Shown here in pieces: positions 59,601 through 64,000 of a DNA stretch of 64,000 nt (positions are counted from its first letter, which is position 1; every line of letters starts with the position of its first letter). The translations under genes and the position numbers were made by a program. Below the pieces are notes generated by a model. It saw only the letters and a program-made list of their open reading frames with translations, was not told where the DNA came from and did no database searches. The stretch is from Desulfobacterales bacterium (GTDB taxonomy: Bacteria > Desulfobacterota > Desulfobacteria > Desulfobacterales > UBA5852), in contig CAXXVS010000003.1 in the NCBI GenBank assembly GCA_963674755.2, forward strand, positions 992,001 through 1,056,000. The letters run 5' to 3'.

Positions 59601-60029
59601 ATGCGTATCCGTCAGGTTTCCGTTTTTATGGAAAAGGCACTGGAGCGTTTTCGGGAAGTTACCGAGTTGTTTCGCGACGCCGGCATCAATATCCGGGCCC
59701 ATTCCCTGGTGGGACACAGCAACACACCTTACAAAATCCTGCGGATGATCGTCGATAACACCGAAACGGCCGCCGCGGTGCTGAAAAACCGTGGTCTCAG
59801 CGTCAAGGTGGAGGATGTCCTGGCTGTGGAAGTGGACCACCGCGCCGGGGGGCTGCACCGCATCCTGGAGATTCTCGATGCCGAGGGCCTGGAGCTTCGC
59901 TACACCTATGCCGCCGCCCATGATGTCTGCCAGAAGGCCGCCATGGTGTTGAGCTTCGACGATCTTGACCGGGCCATCGAGACCCTGGACGAGCAGGGCG
60001 TGGCGCTTATCCCATCCAAACACTTTTAG
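59601..60029 (+). CDS. Tandem ACT-domain protein
   Basis: QVSVFME..GINIRA..LRMIVD..VLAVEV..GGL. Confidence 0.88.
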   Translation: MRIRQVSVFMEKALERFREVTELFRDAGINIRAHSLVGHSNTPYKILRMIVDNTETAAAVLKNRGLSVKVEDVLAVEVDHRAGGLHRILEILDAEGLELRYTYAAAHDVCQKAAMVLSFDDLDRAIETLDEQGVALIPSKHF

Positions 60030-60064
60030 GGGGCGATGGGGCGTTTCCTGTTGGTGGCCGCTCG

Positions 60065-60150
60065 AAAAGAAAGGGGGCGGTCGCTGTTGACGGCCGCCCC
60101 CGATTCAAGGAGGTTTGAAAAGATACGTTACGCGTTCTGGCCAACGCTTG
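60065..60150 (-). ncRNA. Candidate sigma28-dependent small RNA
   Basis: Sigma28-like promoter upstream, 5' hairpin, CCUCCUU tract, GC hairpin plus U tract; no ORF. Confidence 0.55.
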
Positions 60151-60156
60151 TAATGG

Positions 60157-60183
60157 TTATCGACCCCGTTGGCAAAACCTTTA
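60157..60183 (-). promoter_or_regulatory. Sigma28 (FliA)-type promoter
   Basis: TAAAGGTT-11 nt-GTCGATAA versus consensus TAAAGTTT-N11-GCCGATAA. Confidence 0.7.
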
Positions 60184-60341
60184 GCTTTTTTTAGGCGACG
60201 TCATAATTTGTCCCCTATCGACGTTGGGTGGCGGCCTTCGCAGCACGCCTTGCGCTTTGTACGCCTTGATCTTGAGCGATTTACGGAACCGTCTGTTTCG
60301 ACACCGCTGACGACGTCGTTTAAGATTGATTATTTTTTAAC

Positions 60342-60683
60342 ATGATGAACGATGCCTATTCTGAAATCGCCGAGATCATTTTCGCCTCCCACGGGGATGC
60401 CGTGGGGGTGGCCTACCTGGAACTGGACTGCGGCTGCGCGAGGCTATGCGGGGTCTCCCGCCAGGGTGCGCCGGTGGGAGATGTTTTCAACGTGTCAGGT
60501 CAGCCGTCCACGCGCAACCTTGAGCCGCTAGTATGCCTCAAGTGCTACCGGGACAAGGGCTTTGCCGTGCAAAGAGCCGCGCGCCAGGGCATTCTGTGGG
60601 CTGATGCGCCCCCGCGTCGAACGGGACCGGAGGAGCGTATGCGAATCGGGCATGTTGTTTTCGGGGACGATTTTCGCATCTGA
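60342..60683 (+). CDS. Hypothetical protein with LDCGC and CLKC motifs
   Basis: 113-aa ORF with paired Cys. Confidence 0.65.
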   Translation: MMNDAYSEIAEIIFASHGDAVGVAYLELDCGCARLCGVSRQGAPVGDVFNVSGQPSTRNLEPLVCLKCYRDKGFAVQRAARQGILWADAPPRRTGPEERMRIGHVVFGDDFRI

Positions 60684-60781
60684 AGCAGCCGCCGGGCCGT
60701 TGGCCGGCAATGCCCGGAAGCGGGCGGCTTGCTTCCCCCCTCGGCGGTCGCGTCCCGGCGTTGGTGAGCCGATAGGCGAGG

Positions 60782-61423
60782 CTAACGACCCCCCTCGCTT
60801 TTTTCTCCAACCGCTTGGATTCCCGCCAACGAGAAATCGGCGATGTGGCATGCCAGCTGTCCAATCAACTCCGGCGTCAGCGGTTGCCCCAGCATGTACG
60901 CGAGGTCGTCGGCCTTGATGGTGATGATCATGCGGCACTGGTTGACAATGCTCATTTCGCAGAGCCGCAGGCGGAGATCATCGGCCCCGGACCCCATGAT
61001 GTCGCGGATGATGGCATGCAGCTCGCGGCGGCGGGGCTCGATGAGCTCATGCCAGGCGTCCTGGATCAATCCGGTCGGATTGACCATTTCCATCAGATAG
61101 AGGCGGCTGAAACGCTCCAAATCTCCCCCGGCGGTAAAATTCTGAATCAACGTTTGGATATACTGTCCCAGCCGCTTTTGCGGCGTGTCGCCGGCGGCAT
61201 CGTTCAGGGTCGGTTCTTCGAAGTTTTCCAGCGCATAGTGCCAAGCTTCTTTATAGAGATTTTCTTTGTTTCTGAAATAGTAGTTCACGGAGGCCACGTT
61301 GGCCCCGGCTTTTTTGCAGATATCGGCCACTTTGGCACGGCGATAGCCTTTTTCGGCAAATACGTCGCAGGCCGCCTGCAACAGTCGCTTGCGGGTTTCC
61401 CTGCCGTCTTCGCGCCTAGTCAT
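60782..61423 (-). CDS. TetR-family regulator (CecR/YbiH-like)
   Basis: ADICKKAGANVASVNYYFRNKENLY; HIADFSLAGI C-terminus; divergent from the RND pump. Confidence 0.9.
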   Translation of the reverse strand: MTRREDGRETRKRLLQAACDVFAEKGYRRAKVADICKKAGANVASVNYYFRNKENLYKEAWHYALENFEEPTLNDAAGDTPQKRLGQYIQTLIQNFTAGGDLERFSRLYLMEMVNPTGLIQDAWHELIEPRRRELHAIIRDIMGSGADDLRLRLCEMSIVNQCRMIITIKADDLAYMLGQPLTPELIGQLACHIADFSLAGIQAVGEKSEGGR

Positions 61424-61471
61424 GAGAAACTCCCTTGGCTGTTCGTTCCCCGGGGAGGGGAACATCGGATT

Positions 61472-61548
61472 GCAAATGATTATTTAAAATTTATGATTGA
61501 AATACATATTTAAATCAACTAAGAATAGTATCTTAAATCGTCATTTAA
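61472..61548. promoter_or_regulatory. Three palindromic TetR-type operators
   Basis: GCAAAT-N4-ATTTAA (61472), TGAAAT-N4-ATTTAA (61498), TTAAAT-N4-ATTTAA (61533). Confidence 0.55.
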
Positions 61549-61625
61549 CTTAAAATGATGGCATATTTTTAATTATATCAGATTTCTAAATTCCTGTGCA
61601 CCTGAAGCAGAGAGGAAAATTTCCC

Positions 61626-62837
61626 ATGCGAACGCCAAGTCGAAAGCCTTTTAAGGCGTTTCTAGCGGTTACCGCCGTGTTTGCCGTGCTTCTGGCCGGC
61701 TGCCGGTCCGAGCAGCAGGGCGCCGCCGGTTCAGCTCCGGCCCCACAAGTGGCCGTGGTCACGGTCCAGGCCCAGCCCGTCCTGTTGACGACCGAACTGC
61801 CCGGGCGCACGTCGGCCTACCGCACGGCGGAAATCAGGCCCCAGGTCAGCGGTCTTTTAAAGAAGCGCCTTTTCAAGGAGGGCGCGGATGTGCAGGCGGG
61901 CGATGTGCTCTATCAGATCGATCCGGCGCCTTTCCAGGCGGCCCTTCGAAATGCCCAGGCCGCCCTGGGCCGCTCCCAGGCCAACCTGCCGGCTGTCCGG
62001 TCGCGGGTCGCCCGCTACGAAGAGCTGTTGGCCGACAAGGCCGTCAGCCAGCAGGAATACGATGATGCCGCCTCTGTCCTGCGTCAGACGGAAGCCGATA
62101 TCGCCTATGGCAAAGCCTCCGTGGATACGGCCCGCATCAATCTGGCCTATACCCGTATCATAGCGCCCATTTCAGGCCGTATCGGTCGATCCCATGTCAC
62201 CGAAGGGGCCATCCTCACCGCCTATCAACCCCAGGCGCTCGCCACCATCCAGCAATTAGATCCCATCTATGTCGATGTGCCCCAATCCACCACGGAACTG
62301 CTGCGTCTCAAACAGCGCCTGGCCGGCGGCCTTCTCAATCAGGACGGCAGCGATCAGCGAAAAGTGACCCTCCGGCTGGAGGATGGAACCGCCTACCCTC
62401 TGGAAGGCACCCTGCAGTTCCGGGGCGTCGCCGTGGATGCGAGCACCGGATCCGTTGTTATCAGGGCGATCTTCCCCAATCCGAACGGTTATCTGCTGCC
62501 GAACATGTTTGTGCGGGCGGTGATGAAGGAGGGCGTCGATGAAAAAGCCCTCATGATTCCCCAGCAGGCCGTTTCCCGCGACCCCAAAGGCAATCCGCTG
62601 GCCCTTATCGTGGATGCCGATGGCAAGGTGCAGCAGCACCCGCTTTCGATCGATCGCGCTATCAAGGATCAATGGCTGGTGGCTTCCGGACTGGCTCCGG
62701 GCGACCGGATCATCGTTGAAGGTCTCCAAAATGTGCGTCCGGGAATGTCCGTGCGCACTGTGCCCTTCGAACCCGGTGCCCCACAAGGGCCGGCAACATC
62801 CACGGGTGGGGGGCAAACCACCCCCAGCGCGAACTGA
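61626..62837 (+). CDS. RND efflux membrane fusion protein (AcrA/MexA-like)
   Basis: LLAGC lipobox, ELPGRT..AEIRPQVSG, APISGRIG. Confidence 0.95.
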   Translation: MRTPSRKPFKAFLAVTAVFAVLLAGCRSEQQGAAGSAPAPQVAVVTVQAQPVLLTTELPGRTSAYRTAEIRPQVSGLLKKRLFKEGADVQAGDVLYQIDPAPFQAALRNAQAALGRSQANLPAVRSRVARYEELLADKAVSQQEYDDAASVLRQTEADIAYGKASVDTARINLAYTRIIAPISGRIGRSHVTEGAILTAYQPQALATIQQLDPIYVDVPQSTTELLRLKQRLAGGLLNQDGSDQRKVTLRLEDGTAYPLEGTLQFRGVAVDASTGSVVIRAIFPNPNGYLLPNMFVRAVMKEGVDEKALMIPQQAVSRDPKGNPLALIVDADGKVQQHPLSIDRAIKDQWLVASGLAPGDRIIVEGLQNVRPGMSVRTVPFEPGAPQGPATSTGGGQTTPSAN

Positions 62838-62849
62838 CGGAGGCGTCTG

Positions 62850-64000
62850 ATGTTATCCAAATTTTTTCTGGACCGCCCCGTCTTTGCCTGGGTCATCGCC
62901 ATCGTGATGATGGTGGCGGGCGGGCTTGCCATCTACAACCTGCCCATTTCACAGTATCCGCCCATCGCGCCGCCCTCCATCGCCATTGAAGCCTTCTATC
63001 CCGGGGCTTCGGCGGAAACGGTGGAAAACAGCGTGACCCAGATCATCGAACAGAAAATGACCGGCTTCGATGACATGCTCTATCTCTCGGCCACCAGCGA
63101 TTCTTCCGGCGCCGGACGGGTCGAGCTGACCTTTGCGCCGGGCACCGATCCGGACCTGGCCTGGGCCAAGGTGCAGAACAAACTTCAGCTGGCCATGGCC
63201 AGCCTGCCCGAGGTGGTGCAGCGTCAAGGGGTCAAGGTCAGCAAGTCCACCCGCAACTACCTGATGATCGTGGGCCTGGTTTCCGAAGATGGCAGTATGG
63301 ACGGTAACGACCTGCGGGATTATGCCCAATCCACCCTGGAGAAGGTGCTGGCCCGGGTGCCCGGCGTGGGGGAGGTGAACACCTTCGGCTCCCAGTACGC
63401 CATGCGGGTTTGGCTCAACCCGGACAAGCTCAGGGATTACCACCTGACCATTGAAGATGTGCAAACCGCCCTGCGGGCGTATAATGTGGAGATCTCGGCC
63501 GGACAGTTCGGCGGAGCGCCGGCCGAAAAAGGCCAGCGCCTGAACGCCTCCATTATCGTCCAGAACCTGCTCAAAACGCCGGAGGAGTTCGCCGCCATTC
63601 CGCTGCGCATCAACCCGGACGGTTCCATCGTGCGGATCAGGGATGTGGGCCGCACCGAACTGGGCACCGAGCGGTACGATGTGGAAGCCCGGCATAACGG
63701 CCGGCCGGCCGGTGGACTGGCGATCCGGCAGTCCGCCGGCGCCAACGCCCTGGCCACGGCTAACGCCATCCGGGCCAAGCTCGATGAAATGAGCGCCTTT
63801 TTCCCGCCGGGCATGAAGGTCGTCTATCCTTACGACACCACGCCGTTTGTTCAAGTGGCGATCGATGAGGTCGTCAAGACCCTGTTCGAGGCCGTCGTGC
63901 TGGTCTTTCTGGTGATGTACCTGTTCATGGGCACCATCCGGGCGACCCTGATCCCGACCATCGCCGTGCCGGTGGTGCTTCTGGGGACCTTTGCCACATT
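62850..64000 (+). CDS. RND efflux permease (AcrB/MexB-like), 3' truncated
   Basis: MLSKFFLDRPVFAWVIAI...YPGASAETVE; runs off the window, so absent from the ORF track. Confidence 0.95.
   Translation, partial: MLSKFFLDRPVFAWVIAIVMMVAGGLAIYNLPISQYPPIAPPSIAIEAFYPGASAETVENSVTQIIEQKMTGFDDMLYLSATSDSSGAGRVELTFAPGTDPDLAWAKVQNKLQLAMASLPEVVQRQGVKVSKSTRNYLMIVGLVSEDGSMDGNDLRDYAQSTLEKVLARVPGVGEVNTFGSQYAMRVWLNPDKLRDYHLTIEDVQTALRAYNVEISAGQFGGAPAEKGQRLNASIIVQNLLKTPEEFAAIPLRINPDGSIVRIRDVGRTELGTERYDVEARHNGRPAGGLAIRQSAGANALATANAIRAKLDEMSAFFPPGMKVVYPYDTTPFVQVAIDEVVKTLFEAVVLVFLVMYLFMGTIRATLIPTIAVPVVLLGTFAT

Overview
Chromosomal window from a GC-rich anaerobe. Gene content (NfnAB, DsrE, NifX/ORP-like proteins, several sigma54 activators, core methionine synthase) suggests a sulfate-reducing Desulfobacterales-type deltaproteobacterium; this is inference. 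About 55 CDSs: housekeeping genes (ssb, tatA, tatD, lnt, frameshifted prfB, dus), EamA transporters, an AsmA-like protein, a ThDP-enzyme catabolic operon, two TPP-riboswitch-led thiamine salvage operons with a ThiE-ThiL fusion nearby, and an RND pump at the right edge. Signals the ORF track misses or does not explain: (1) two probable selenoproteins, an [16 protein letters not shown] with P-UGA-HRV at the catalytic Cys and an FmdB zinc-ribbon protein with C-terminal UGA, both followed by hairpins with the same GGUC loop; (2) a TorD chaperone fused to a molybdoenzyme, in a locus with an OrpR-like sigma54 activator, two NifX-like paralogues, a pseudo-receiver and a DUF169-like protein; (3) a candidate sigma28-driven ~85-nt sRNA with an anti-Shine-Dalgarno segment; (4) an unexplained P-loop gene in the thiazole-salvage operon. 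Family calls come from motif recognition by eye; no database searches were run.
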